Shown: positions 8,552 to 17,554 of the stretch, piece after piece | How positions within the stretch are numbered: position 1 is the stretch's first letter | Layout: each line of letters starts with the position of its first letter | From: a virus | Lineage: Duplodnaviria; Caudoviricetes | Direction: 5' to 3' (one strand) | DNA length: 64,000 nt | Virus record (IMG/VR): IMGVR_UViG_3300044675_007236 | Position numbers and translations under genes: made by a program | The notes under the pieces: model-generated | Told to the model about the DNA's origin: nothing | Seen by the model: only the letters and a program-made list of their open reading frames with translations | The model's database searches: none

Positions 8552-8999
8552 GTTTATTCTCCTGATTTTCTGTGCCGTTTAACAACTGCGGCGGCATAAT
8601 TTGGTTGAACAGATTACCGTCCTCTTGCAGTTTCGCTCGTACAAATTTAAAGGTAGTATCAAATACAGCACCTTCAGTGAAAGTAGCCAATAAAATATTC
8701 GGCCTATTTGCAGCTAGCCAATTAAGTAAATCGTATGAATCTACCTCGCACTCAAAACCGTTTGTATCCCCAGAAAAAGGTTGACGCGTTACAATTTTCA
8801 AAAATTCAAATAACGCTGCAGCTTTTTCGTCGCCGTTGTCTGCCATGAACATAACAACGTCGTCTGCAGGGTAATCGCCGCGAAACCCGCACGCACCTAG
8901 TGCGATTATCGCTTCATCACTAGCCCGCTGTGCCCACAGAGTAGCGTCAAATTCGATTTCAAATTGACGGCAGTCGCTCCAGGCTTTTGCATGAATCAT
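8544..8999 (-). CDS. Conserved phage hypothetical protein
   Basis: MIHAKAWSD...EFDATLW...GFRGDYPADDV. Confidence 0.65.
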   Translation of the reverse strand: MIHAKAWSDCRQFEIEFDATLWAQRASDEAIIALGACGFRGDYPADDVVMFMADNGDEKAAALFEFLKIVTRQPFSGDTNGFECEVDSYDLLNWLAANRPNILLATFTEGAVFDTTFKFVRAKLQEDGNLFNQIMPPQLLNGTENQENKLD

Positions 9000-9011
9000 T
9001 TTTGCTCCTAA

Positions 9012-9431
9012 TCAAATACGAAGTGCCATTTTTTGTTCAACAGTCAGTTGTGCCAATGTTTCCTGTTTGATTTGGTTTTGCGACTTACCGATCAAATCAG
9101 GGTACAGTTTATTGTCAAAAGCGATCACAAAATTCTGGATAGCTTTCGGAACGTCTGGGTCCATAGTCTGGTGGTCGTTCCAAGTTATTTTGACCTCGCT
9201 TCTACCTTCAAAGTAGAAGATACCGTAGCCTGTATCGCGGTAACCTGGAGCGTATCTAACCGTGTCAACCACCAGCCCACGGCTAAGGTTTGGAAACTTA
9301 CGGTAGATTGCTTTTATAACAGGGCAAAATTCTCTGTTGCGAACTTCTCCGGTTATACCGTACACTCGACAGTAATCCGCAACTTCGTCGGTTGTGTTGC
9401 CCATTGACGCAAGAAACTCTGAAATTTTCAT
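9012..9431 (-). CDS. Hypothetical protein
   Basis: 139-aa ORF, GGAG-type context. Confidence 0.65.
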   Translation of the reverse strand: MKISEFLASMGNTTDEVADYCRVYGITGEVRNREFCPVIKAIYRKFPNLSRGLVVDTVRYAPGYRDTGYGIFYFEGRSEVKITWNDHQTMDPDVPKAIQNFVIAFDNKLYPDLIGKSQNQIKQETLAQLTVEQKMALRI

Positions 9432-9467
9432 TTTTTTCCTTTTGAGTTAAATGCTGTTACCAAGCAG

Positions 9468-9779
9468 CTAGCCGCCGTGTTTTTCGAGTAGCTTATAGGC
9501 CTCCGTGTGAGCCGCTTCCGCTTCATCGAGCGTCAACCAGCTTTGATCGATGTGCGAATACTCAAGCACCTGTCTAAGCACCTTGAGCAACCTTGGAGCG
9601 TCTGCCCAAAGTTCCGCGTTGGCCTTGGTCTCTTCGGCGGTAGTTCCATTCCCAGACTCTAGACGCCCAACCGCCGCTCCTAAAAACACGTCTCTAGCCT
9701 TGACCCGGTACGTGTTTTTGAAGTTGGTAGACTTCTCAACCCGCCACGGCCCCTTAGTAAATTTCGATTTCGTCATCAT
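9468..9779 (-). CDS. TxGPW/AAP-motif small phage protein, paralog 1
   Basis: FTKGPWRV...ANAELWADAPRLL. Confidence 0.7.
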   Translation of the reverse strand: MMTKSKFTKGPWRVEKSTNFKNTYRVKARDVFLGAAVGRLESGNGTTAEETKANAELWADAPRLLKVLRQVLEYSHIDQSWLTLDEAEAAHTEAYKLLEKHGG

Positions 9780-9806
9780 GTTTCCTTTCGAGTTAAACCG
9801 CCTGAA

Positions 9807-10115
9807 TTAGCCGCCGAGTCTTTCGAGTACCGCCCTGGCATCTGCAAACGCTTGCTCGGATTCCGCTGCAAGCTCTCTGTCTCGCAATGGTAAAGCGAAA
9901 TCGTGAAGCGTTCGCAGCACTTCCAGCATTCTTGGAGCTTCGGCCATTAGGTTTGCGATAGCCTCGATCTCCTCGGGCTTGAGTAAGTGACTCGACACGA
10001 CGGCAAGGCATAAATCCGCAGATGCTATCCGCTTTGAATTAGGGATGTCCCTTGCTCCTAAAACCCGCCACGTACCCTTAGTAAACTTCGATTTTGCCAT
10101 TTCATTTCCTTTCAA
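9807..10115 (-). CDS. TxGPW/AAP-motif small phage protein, paralog 2
   Basis: FTKGTWRV...AIANLMAEAPRML; tandem paralog of 9468-9779. Confidence 0.7.
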   Translation of the reverse strand: MKGNEMAKSKFTKGTWRVLGARDIPNSKRIASADLCLAVVSSHLLKPEEIEAIANLMAEAPRMLEVLRTLHDFALPLRDRELAAESEQAFADARAVLERLGG

Positions 10116-12346
10116 GTGTTAACTTTCAGTCTCGCGTAAGCTTTGTCCAGCATTTCTGCCGGTACAAAATCAAAAACCTCGCCTAAGTTTTTGCGTGTAA
10201 AATCAAGCCAACCTTTGTACATACGAATACCTTTTGGAATTTCAAGCTGTGTAAAGTGTTTAAGATAGTTCATGGCTATCTTGTCAGCACTGTGCGACAG
10301 TAGTCTTGGCTCTAGGTCTTCGTCTGTAACGTCGACTTCAACTACTTCAATAGCGTTCGGTTTGTCGTTAAACGCTATGAAGTAATTGTCAGCGCACTTA
10401 CGAACAGCTGTACTTAGTTTTTCAAGCTTTCTCGGCCAGTGATGCTTCCAACCGGTCAGCGGTCCCTCTTTCAAATCGAACCTAACGAAAAGCTGATGCA
10501 AAAAAGCATCGTATTCGTCGCGGGTAAGTGATATGCCGTATGGAGTTTTTTTACCGACTTGAGCCGTAATTTGAGCACACATAGCAATAGCCAACGCCCA
10601 CATAATTTCCATTTCGGGACCGGTTTTTTGCAGTGCCTCTTTGACGTCTTCCGTCATTTTGCAGTAGCTTTGTCGCGGACCTGGCGCGTCCTCGGGAAAA
10701 GCGTATTTAGGTGTGTCTCTAAATACGCTTTTAACCAGCTTGGCGTTGAAAAACTGAAATCCTTCTGGATCCCAACCAATTCGGTCGAGACCTTTAACAA
10801 CGCTTGGCTCTTCAAACTTACAAGCTACAAACAGTGGATCAAATTTTTCCATGCTTTTTTTGCCCCAGGTGTTTGCCTCGTGCGACAAAAAGACAGGAAT
10901 TTCATTAGCTAAGGCGAGTTCTACAAAGTACCTGAGCGTTCCTTTTTTTTCTTCAACCCTAAAAGGTATTTCATGACCTTTGATAATAAATTTTCCAATG
11001 TACTCGTGTTTGTTATCTGGTCTTACAACGATGTGACTTACACGCAATACACCTGGAAAACGTATTACGCCCTCTAAGTTAAACCACTTGCCGTCTCGCT
11101 CTACGACAACAACATGACCAAAATTGAAAATTTTGCCTGAACTAATGTCGGTTGGAACCTTAACACGCCTCGAGAAACCGGCTTTGACTTTAGGATCTAT
11201 GTGTTTTCGGACTAACTGCGAAACGCTTTCATTGTAATTGTCGCAGTCACTAAGTAGCTGTGCTTTCTTGTCGAACGACGTTGTTTTAAGCCAGTCTGAC
11301 AAAGCTTTCTCGTAAGGTTTGGCGTTGTCTGCTATACGTCTAACAATGTCTAGTGGCGGATCGTGTCTCAGCCAACTGTGCCAGTTACTAGGAGTAACTT
11401 GGACATTCTGTTGACGTAAAGATTCAGGCCCGACAAATGACAATTTGGCGTCCAGCATCATAGCTTGATGTAAAATAAGCGGCGTCGGATACTTTTCCCA
11501 AAAGATAGGCAACCGACCTTCTGCAATAGACCACTGGCGTTTGCAAAACGACCTTGGCGGTCTTTTCCAACCGAACATAGGAAGAGGTACGTCGCTGGTA
11601 AGAAAGTTCAAATTCTGCAATTGCAGGTAGTTGAGCATCATAGACGTTACTACTACAAACGGAGACTGAAACCTGTGCATAAGTTGCAAACCGGAAAAAG
11701 CAATGTTGCTCATGCAAAGTTTCATACCAGGAGCTATTTCCTCGTCCTGCGTTGTCAGCGTCACGTAACCTATGTCGACAGGGTTACGGTAACAGGGCAC
11801 AACTAGAAGCGACCTATCGCGGGTTTTAAACTGCGGCTCGTTGAAAAGATTGCGTATTTCTCTATCGCTGATTGTACCGTACAAAGCACCAGGGCCAGCC
11901 ATAAACCGTTCTCGGCTCATTCGATCAGGACGTAAGCCGTAGCGGTTTAGTAGCTCTGTACCCTGAACTGTAGGTTTAATCATTTCCTGTTGTGCAGTAT
12001 GCCAGATTTTGTTTATGCGGGCTTGTCGCTCGGTTACACGCTTAAAATCCTCAAAAACGGTGTCTGGCATTTTGCATTCTATTTTAGAATACAAGTACCT
12101 AACAGCCTCGGTCTGGGACATCTTCAGGCGTTCAGCCGCCAGGCTAAATACTGTTCCTGCCTTTTTGCACTCGAAACAGTAGTGCGATTCTTCTAAATAT
12201 TTGTTATCCTGGTGTATAGTCCAGGCGTTTTCGCCGCAATATGGACACGTTCCCGACGCCGTGTAGATATCGAAGGGTTCTAGCCCTATGTAAGGGGCTA
12301 TAACGGAATACGGCAAACTGGCGTGAATTTCGAGGAGACTAGACAC
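10112..12346 (-). CDS. DNA primase-like protein (CHC2-type Zn finger, possibly degenerate TOPRIM)
   Basis: CPYCGE...HYCFECKKAGTVFSLAAERLKMSQTEAVRYL resembles the primase Zn-binding domain; start set at GTG 12346. Confidence 0.55.
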   Translation of the reverse strand: MSSLLEIHASLPYSVIAPYIGLEPFDIYTASGTCPYCGENAWTIHQDNKYLEESHYCFECKKAGTVFSLAAERLKMSQTEAVRYLYSKIECKMPDTVFEDFKRVTERQARINKIWHTAQQEMIKPTVQGTELLNRYGLRPDRMSRERFMAGPGALYGTISDREIRNLFNEPQFKTRDRSLLVVPCYRNPVDIGYVTLTTQDEEIAPGMKLCMSNIAFSGLQLMHRFQSPFVVVTSMMLNYLQLQNLNFLTSDVPLPMFGWKRPPRSFCKRQWSIAEGRLPIFWEKYPTPLILHQAMMLDAKLSFVGPESLRQQNVQVTPSNWHSWLRHDPPLDIVRRIADNAKPYEKALSDWLKTTSFDKKAQLLSDCDNYNESVSQLVRKHIDPKVKAGFSRRVKVPTDISSGKIFNFGHVVVVERDGKWFNLEGVIRFPGVLRVSHIVVRPDNKHEYIGKFIIKGHEIPFRVEEKKGTLRYFVELALANEIPVFLSHEANTWGKKSMEKFDPLFVACKFEEPSVVKGLDRIGWDPEGFQFFNAKLVKSVFRDTPKYAFPEDAPGPRQSYCKMTEDVKEALQKTGPEMEIMWALAIAMCAQITAQVGKKTPYGISLTRDEYDAFLHQLFVRFDLKEGPLTGWKHHWPRKLEKLSTAVRKCADNYFIAFNDKPNAIEVVEVDVTDEDLEPRLLSHSADKIAMNYLKHFTQLEIPKGIRMYKGWLDFTRKNLGEVFDFVPAEMLDKAYARLKVNT

Positions 12347-12347
12347 A

Positions 12348-13502
12348 ATGACTAACCCTGTACTTGACCCTATCAATGATAAAAATAAGTCCGGCCTGTT
12401 CAAAGTCGCAGAGGCTTTTGAGCTCCCTGACTTTGTCAAGACAGCGAATATGGACGCTACGCTGCATCCGGTAAACATTGCAAAAACTGCGTTTGCGGAT
12501 TTCCCTAGTAGTTTAAGATATCCTTGCCATACTGCAGCTGCAACGTGGATGTCTACTGCCTATTTTCAGCTCAAAAAAGCTTCTTTCAATACTGCGGAGC
12601 AGAAAAGAATTAAGGATAACCTGCAAAAAGCAGCCGCGTATTTCGGAATAAGACCCGCTTGCGACAAAGTTTTGTCACACGAAGTGCACGTTGAGAAGCT
12701 GGCTGACAGCGACTATGCGTATGTCTACCGGTCAGATACAGGCGATGTTGAACGACATTTTCCAATCACCAACGCAGAGGAAATCAAAGTCGCCGCAGAT
12801 TGGCTCGAAGAAAATAAACAGCACTTCATTTTCGAAGATCGCTGCATTGTAGCCGAGAAGATTCTGCGTAAAGCCGCGTCGGTCGGTGTTCGACTGGACG
12901 ACGAACTGGCCAGCAAACTAGAAAAGCAAGCCGGTTACGGGCTTCCAGATCTTACGTTAGTACAATTGGCTTTGAGTAATAGAGCTTTGCTTACCCGAGA
13001 CAGTAAACACCGAGCTAGCATTGAGAAGCTTGCTGAAGAAATAAAAGACAAGCCTGAGCTTTTCCTAAGTCGGGAAACCTCGCTGAAGCTGGCCTCGGCT
13101 ATCGACCAGCTTGATCACGCTATCGGGCTTAACGGAAAGTACACAGCCCTTATTCCCAGTCCCGAAGACATTGTTTTCACGGTTTCGCTCGTTAAAGCAG
13201 CCGCAGCTTGCGGCGATATGTGCGAGCTGCAGACAGGTAACGTTTATGAAAAAGATCAACTTGCCAAACTAGCACGACAAGACCTTGTTGAAATTTTTGG
13301 TGACGATTTCGCCAAGGAGGCTTGCGTGGGTTTGGCAGTTGATCCCGAGAAGTTGGCTACTATTGCTCACACGCTACCTAAGCCCGACGCGGAGCTGCTT
13401 GAAAAACTTCTTAAAGAAGCAGGACAATCGCCTGCCAGATTTAAAGTGGCAAGCAGTCCGCTTGATGAAATGGACTTAGATAGTATTGCAGCTAGTTACT
13501 AA
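12348..13502 (+). CDS. Putative head assembly/structural protein, isolated plus-strand gene
   Basis: GAGGAG SD; two internal repeats RYPCHTAAATWMS and HFPITNAEEIKVA resembling DUF6582-like repeats of phage head proteins. Confidence 0.55.
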   Translation: MTNPVLDPINDKNKSGLFKVAEAFELPDFVKTANMDATLHPVNIAKTAFADFPSSLRYPCHTAAATWMSTAYFQLKKASFNTAEQKRIKDNLQKAAAYFGIRPACDKVLSHEVHVEKLADSDYAYVYRSDTGDVERHFPITNAEEIKVAADWLEENKQHFIFEDRCIVAEKILRKAASVGVRLDDELASKLEKQAGYGLPDLTLVQLALSNRALLTRDSKHRASIEKLAEEIKDKPELFLSRETSLKLASAIDQLDHAIGLNGKYTALIPSPEDIVFTVSLVKAAAACGDMCELQTGNVYEKDQLAKLARQDLVEIFGDDFAKEACVGLAVDPEKLATIAHTLPKPDAELLEKLLKEAGQSPARFKVASSPLDEMDLDSIAASY

Positions 13503-13918
13503 CTGCGAGCTAGCGGTCGAAGTGGTTTTCGTACACCTATACCCTTGAAGCCGTGCTCGGAAGCGACAGACTTAAGTAAGTCGCGATCGGAGCAGAAGCT
13601 ATTTACGTTGTCGGTATTTCGACAGCCTTCGCACTTTCCGCAGCGGTGGTGTACAAGTGCTCGAACCAGTTCTTTTCGGGTTTTAATACCCCAAAGTAAC
13701 TGGATAACGTAAGGCATTTCTTCGACCTGTTTACACACACGTTGCGATACCGGTCGCTGCGGTAGGTCGATTAGTTCAGCCATGTATTTCCAACGCTCGA
13801 GTTCAGCCGTGGCAATTGCACCAAACTTGCCGTCTTCGTCGTAGTAACGAGCCTGCATTTCATCGCGAAGCCAGTTTTTCGATTTGCTGTAAACGGCAAT
13901 TAGCCTGCCGTCAAGCAT
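13499..13918 (-). CDS. Hypothetical protein with CxxCxxC motif
   Basis: HRCGKCEGC; start at MLDG avoids a long overlap. Confidence 0.55.
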   Translation of the reverse strand: MLDGRLIAVYSKSKNWLRDEMQARYYDEDGKFGAIATAELERWKYMAELIDLPQRPVSQRVCKQVEEMPYVIQLLWGIKTRKELVRALVHHRCGKCEGCRNTDNVNSFCSDRDLLKSVASEHGFKGIGVRKPLRPLARS

Positions 13919-14792
13919 GTAGACTTTTACGTTCGGCTTTGACCGATTTAGGTTTTGACCTTGAGTGTTTTGATTTCTGCTTTGACTTACTGTTGCAGTT
14001 TCGTTTCGCATTCTTTGCTACTTTCTGTTTAAAATTCTGTTGCAATTCGTGGCTAGCTTTAAAAGCGGAATTAGCGTTGCCACTTACGCTGTTTTCCGAG
14101 TTACTTCTGACAATTTTGGCGTTTACCCTGTGTAACAATGCCGGGGTATAGCACAGCTTACAAGCACTACACGTTGTCTTTGTAGTGCCGTTTTCTACCG
14201 GGCAGACTATTGTGCTCCTGACTTGTTTGACGACGCTCTTACGCTTATTGCGAAAGAATAAGTCGACACTGTAATCAGGAATATCGTCGTCGCTGCCCTG
14301 TAGGTAGCATCGCATCACGTGCGAAGTCGACGGAGGTTCACCGGTGTTCTTGTCACAAGAATACCAAAGACGTGCGTTAGGTAACGCAGCAAATTTGGAA
14401 AAGGCTTGCACCATAGAATCATTGATAGAACCATCCCTATTCCGCCAGCTACGGGTGTAGGCGTAGAACGTTACGTCCGGCCTTCGCGTAGCAATTTCTG
14501 TCCACTTTTCAACATATTCCGGGCTGTAGAAATCACCTGCGGCGTGGATACGGACAGTGCGGATTTTAAAAAGAAGCAAACAACCTAGTATGAAACCGAC
14601 AAAGAAGTCAGTTAAAGATAGTTTGTAGTTGTTGGCTAGACTTGTTTTTACTGTCTTGTGGTTGTAATGGCTTTGCATTGCATAACATATTGCAAGACAA
14701 GCAACTGTAGCCCCAATACAAATGTGACCTAGTCCTGCAGGTAAACTCCACTGCCAGATAAATCTTCCAAGTTTACGATTGCCTCGTTTCAC
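13911..14792 (-). CDS. GP88-like protein (radical-SAM-like fold)
   Basis: WSLPAG..CIGATVACLAICYA; RIHAAGDFYSPEY; FYAYTRSW; CPV...CSACKLC. Confidence 0.75.
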   Translation of the reverse strand: MKRGNRKLGRFIWQWSLPAGLGHICIGATVACLAICYAMQSHYNHKTVKTSLANNYKLSLTDFFVGFILGCLLLFKIRTVRIHAAGDFYSPEYVEKWTEIATRRPDVTFYAYTRSWRNRDGSINDSMVQAFSKFAALPNARLWYSCDKNTGEPPSTSHVMRCYLQGSDDDIPDYSVDLFFRNKRKSVVKQVRSTIVCPVENGTTKTTCSACKLCYTPALLHRVNAKIVRSNSENSVSGNANSAFKASHELQQNFKQKVAKNAKRNCNSKSKQKSKHSRSKPKSVKAERKSLHA

Positions 14793-15013
14793 TCGTCATC
14801 CTCGTCGTCTATGAGTTCGTTTTTCTCTGCTAACCAGTGTGGAACAACGAAGTAACCTTCGTCACCCTTCGCAAGACAGTCCGTGTCTTTTAGCTGGCTA
14901 AGAGGTATCCAGATTTCACTGACTTTTGGTGCGGTTAAAGTTACAAGCATCGCTTTGGGTGTAAGATGTTTGACTTTACCTTCTAGTGTGACGTCATCTT
15001 TATCGGGCATCAA
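14789..15013 (-). CDS. Conserved small phage protein
   Basis: TPKAMLV...EIWIPLSQL...VPHWLAEK. Confidence 0.65.
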   Translation of the reverse strand: MMPDKDDVTLEGKVKHLTPKAMLVTLTAPKVSEIWIPLSQLKDTDCLAKGDEGYFVVPHWLAEKNELIDDEDDE

Positions 15014-15302
15014 AACTCTCCCGAGACAAAACAGCTACAATCGAATAAGTAGAACCTCTGTCTGCATACGGACGAACGAGACCGTTGTCGGGGACTTCTT
15101 TAAACGTGTTGCTAGGCCCGTAGGGCAAAATGACTTTATTGCCTAATCTCGACGAACACATGTCGTGACATTCGCTTAGAAACCAGCCTGCAGGATTGAA
15201 TTTGCGTGTCTGCTCGAGAAGTATCTCAGCCAGTTTTTCTGTTGTTGATTCTTGTGTTTCGCAATAACTATCTGCAAATTCCTTGAAGTTAATCTTTTCC
15301 AT
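15000..15302 (-). CDS. Hypothetical protein
   Basis: ORF from MEKINF. Confidence 0.55.
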   Translation of the reverse strand: MEKINFKEFADSYCETQESTTEKLAEILLEQTRKFNPAGWFLSECHDMCSSRLGNKVILPYGPSNTFKEVPDNGLVRPYADRGSTYSIVAVLSRESFDAR

Positions 15303-15504
15303 TTTCCACTTTACAAAAAAGCTGCTCGCTAGCACCTGGCGAGCAGCTACCATAACTTGTCCGTGGTACAAAGTTAGTACATGATTCGGGTAGCGAGGTT
15401 GGCGGTTGCAACTTCTTATTCTTGGTTTTCACCTTAGGCTGATACCGCTTGCAGTGCTCTCTGAAAATGCAGTTAACACCAGAACATAACTCGCTACTTT
15501 TCAT
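15289..15504 (-). CDS. Small Cys-containing hypothetical protein
   Basis: CSGVNC..REHCKRY motif. Confidence 0.5.
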   Translation of the reverse strand: MKSSELCSGVNCIFREHCKRYQPKVKTKNKKLQPPTSLPESCTNFVPRTSYGSCSPGASEQLFCKVENGKD

Positions 15505-15506
15505 CG

Positions 15507-15998
15507 TTACTTGCCTCTAGGTGAACGCTTGGCTACAACGGTTTCTGGTCGAACGCTGATAGTGCCGTTGACGGTAGTGTTGCCTTCCTTTGGCTTTTTG
15601 CTCTGCTGGTTTTGGAAGCTTAGCTTGCACTTTTCAACTTCGCTTTCAAAATGCGATCGAATTTCATTGTTGACCGCTGCAGATTTATTAGCTCTGATAA
15701 GTTTACCCATAACACCCTGGTCGCCAAAGAGACTATCAATCCAGGCAAGGCTTTCTTCAGGTTTCTTTTTGTTGCTGTCGAGCGATTGCGCGTACATCAA
15801 AATTGTCTCAACGAGGAAATCACCGACTTTAAATTGCGGATAAGCCTCACCGGCTTCCGCTTTAACAAGTGCATAAGTTACGTCGAGCGTCAGATCGCCG
15901 CTGTATGCACCGGCTTCAAACTTTTTAGTTTCAAGCTTTTCTTTTTCTTTCTCGAGTAGTTTGATTGTGGCAGTAACATCCGCTAAAGACAGAGTCAT
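15507..15998 (-). CDS. Hypothetical protein
   Basis: 163-aa ORF coupled to the upstream gene. Confidence 0.65.
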   Translation of the reverse strand: MTLSLADVTATIKLLEKEKEKLETKKFEAGAYSGDLTLDVTYALVKAEAGEAYPQFKVGDFLVETILMYAQSLDSNKKKPEESLAWIDSLFGDQGVMGKLIRANKSAAVNNEIRSHFESEVEKCKLSFQNQQSKKPKEGNTTVNGTISVRPETVVAKRSPRGK

Positions 15999-16309
15999 GT
16001 GGTTTCTCCAAGTAGTTGTTGTTCAATGAATTCTATCTCGGCGTCGATAGCTTTTTGCCGAGAATCGTACGGACCTAGCACCGGTCCATCAAAAATGCGG
16101 GCTTGCCAGCGACAAGTCCAAGTTCTAGTCCAGCACGCAAGCTTTGAATCGTCGCTGACACGCTTTCTAATCGCACGGAAAATAGATTGCAAAACCGGGT
16201 TTACCGGTTCAACACGACTGACCCGCCTTTTGCAGGTCAGCCCCAGGTCCCGTGTTATCTCATTCTCCAGGCTTTCGATGTTACCATTTGGGTGAATGAT
16301 TATGCGCAT
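15995..16309 (-). CDS. Small protein typical of the AAA+/DUF1257/DUF2997 module
   Basis: IHPNGNIESL...RRVSRVEP...DGPVLGPYDSRQKAIDAEIEF. Confidence 0.65.
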   Translation of the reverse strand: MRIIIHPNGNIESLENEITRDLGLTCKRRVSRVEPVNPVLQSIFRAIRKRVSDDSKLACWTRTWTCRWQARIFDGPVLGPYDSRQKAIDAEIEFIEQQLLGETT

Positions 16310-17550
16310 GCTTTATCGATCTTGCGACCGACCTTTTGAATTTTTCTAATCTCGATCTCTTGCGTAGAGATTTTTTGAAGCAAATTGTTGAACGTGGTGT
16401 GTGCAGACTTGCGAGCAAAGCCGCTGTTTTTGATTTCTCGCGTGATGGAGTCTGCCGAATTGCCCATATTTGAAAGAGCATCCTGCACTTCCTTAGCCAA
16501 GTCAATTACAGGCTTGCCCTCTTCGCCTAGCATATTTTGGACCGACGCGATTTTTTGTGCTAACCATTGCAAGTTGCTAAAACCACTTTGCGTTAGCGAT
16601 TTGTATTCGTCAGTTTCGTAGGGTTTCAGCTCGAGATACTCCTGCTCTGTAAGTAGCAGGCTTTTTTCTTTTCCAACTTGCTTGAAACCATTTTTACCGG
16701 CAGGTACACATTCTTGTGCGATGATTTGTACGTAACCTGCTGGTATCTCATCGTTATCGCTGTGTCGAATAATCTCACGCACTTCGGCATCTCGCAAGTT
16801 GTAGTACGGATTATCAAGTCCAGGAATAAGCCGTATTCGCTTGCCGCAGTTTCTAGCTACAGTAGCTACCATTTCCTTGAGCTCGTAAACAAGCTCACCA
16901 ACTGCACCGTTTACAGACGCTTCAAGCCGCTGTTCTGCTTGTTTACGTATTTTTTCGGAAGTGGCTGGAGCTAAATTTGCTATAGTAAATGTGGCGTTGT
17001 ACGGCTCAATCCTAGGTACGTCGCAAGTAATGGCGTCTGCTAACTCTTGCGATGTCGGATATTTGCGTTCAACGACCACCCAGTCTTTGCCCAGCTTTAT
17101 TTTGTCGCTTTCTTTGATCTTGTTGTAGTTTTCCTCGGAGGATACACGCTTGCCCCAGTCCAGGTACTGATCCCTTGCCGCGTTAAATCGGGTTAGAAAT
17201 TCATCGAGCTTTGCAGCCTCGATCAGATGGGAGCCTGGAACCTTTTCTGGTTTAAGATTTTCCGTATCCGCAGCCGTACCGACAAGCGTGTACTCTGGGA
17301 TGGTATACTCGTCTCGTATGATGCCCAGCAGCCTACGAAGGTTTGTACCTTCTTTGATCAGATCGTCGTTTGACGCACCGAGAATCGCATAGGATCCTCG
17401 GAGAACTTTAGAGTCCACGCCTTGCTCTCTGGCAAGAACAGCTTTAGATTGTTCAGTAAGTGCTATCGACGATGGCAGCCAGCCTACTGTGTATTTGATA
17501 GTCAAATACTCGACTTTGTTTTCTTCTTGGTTATTGGGTTGGTTTTCCAC
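16300..17550 (-). CDS. DUF3150-like helical protein
   Basis: Helical 416 aa directly downstream of the AAA+ ATPase; position and general features recall DUF3150. Confidence 0.5.
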   Translation of the reverse strand: MENQPNNQEENKVEYLTIKYTVGWLPSSIALTEQSKAVLAREQGVDSKVLRGSYAILGASNDDLIKEGTNLRRLLGIIRDEYTIPEYTLVGTAADTENLKPEKVPGSHLIEAAKLDEFLTRFNAARDQYLDWGKRVSSEENYNKIKESDKIKLGKDWVVVERKYPTSQELADAITCDVPRIEPYNATFTIANLAPATSEKIRKQAEQRLEASVNGAVGELVYELKEMVATVARNCGKRIRLIPGLDNPYYNLRDAEVREIIRHSDNDEIPAGYVQIIAQECVPAGKNGFKQVGKEKSLLLTEQEYLELKPYETDEYKSLTQSGFSNLQWLAQKIASVQNMLGEEGKPVIDLAKEVQDALSNMGNSADSITREIKNSGFARKSAHTTFNNLLQKISTQEIEIRKIQKVGRKIDKACA

Positions 17551-17554
17551 TAGA

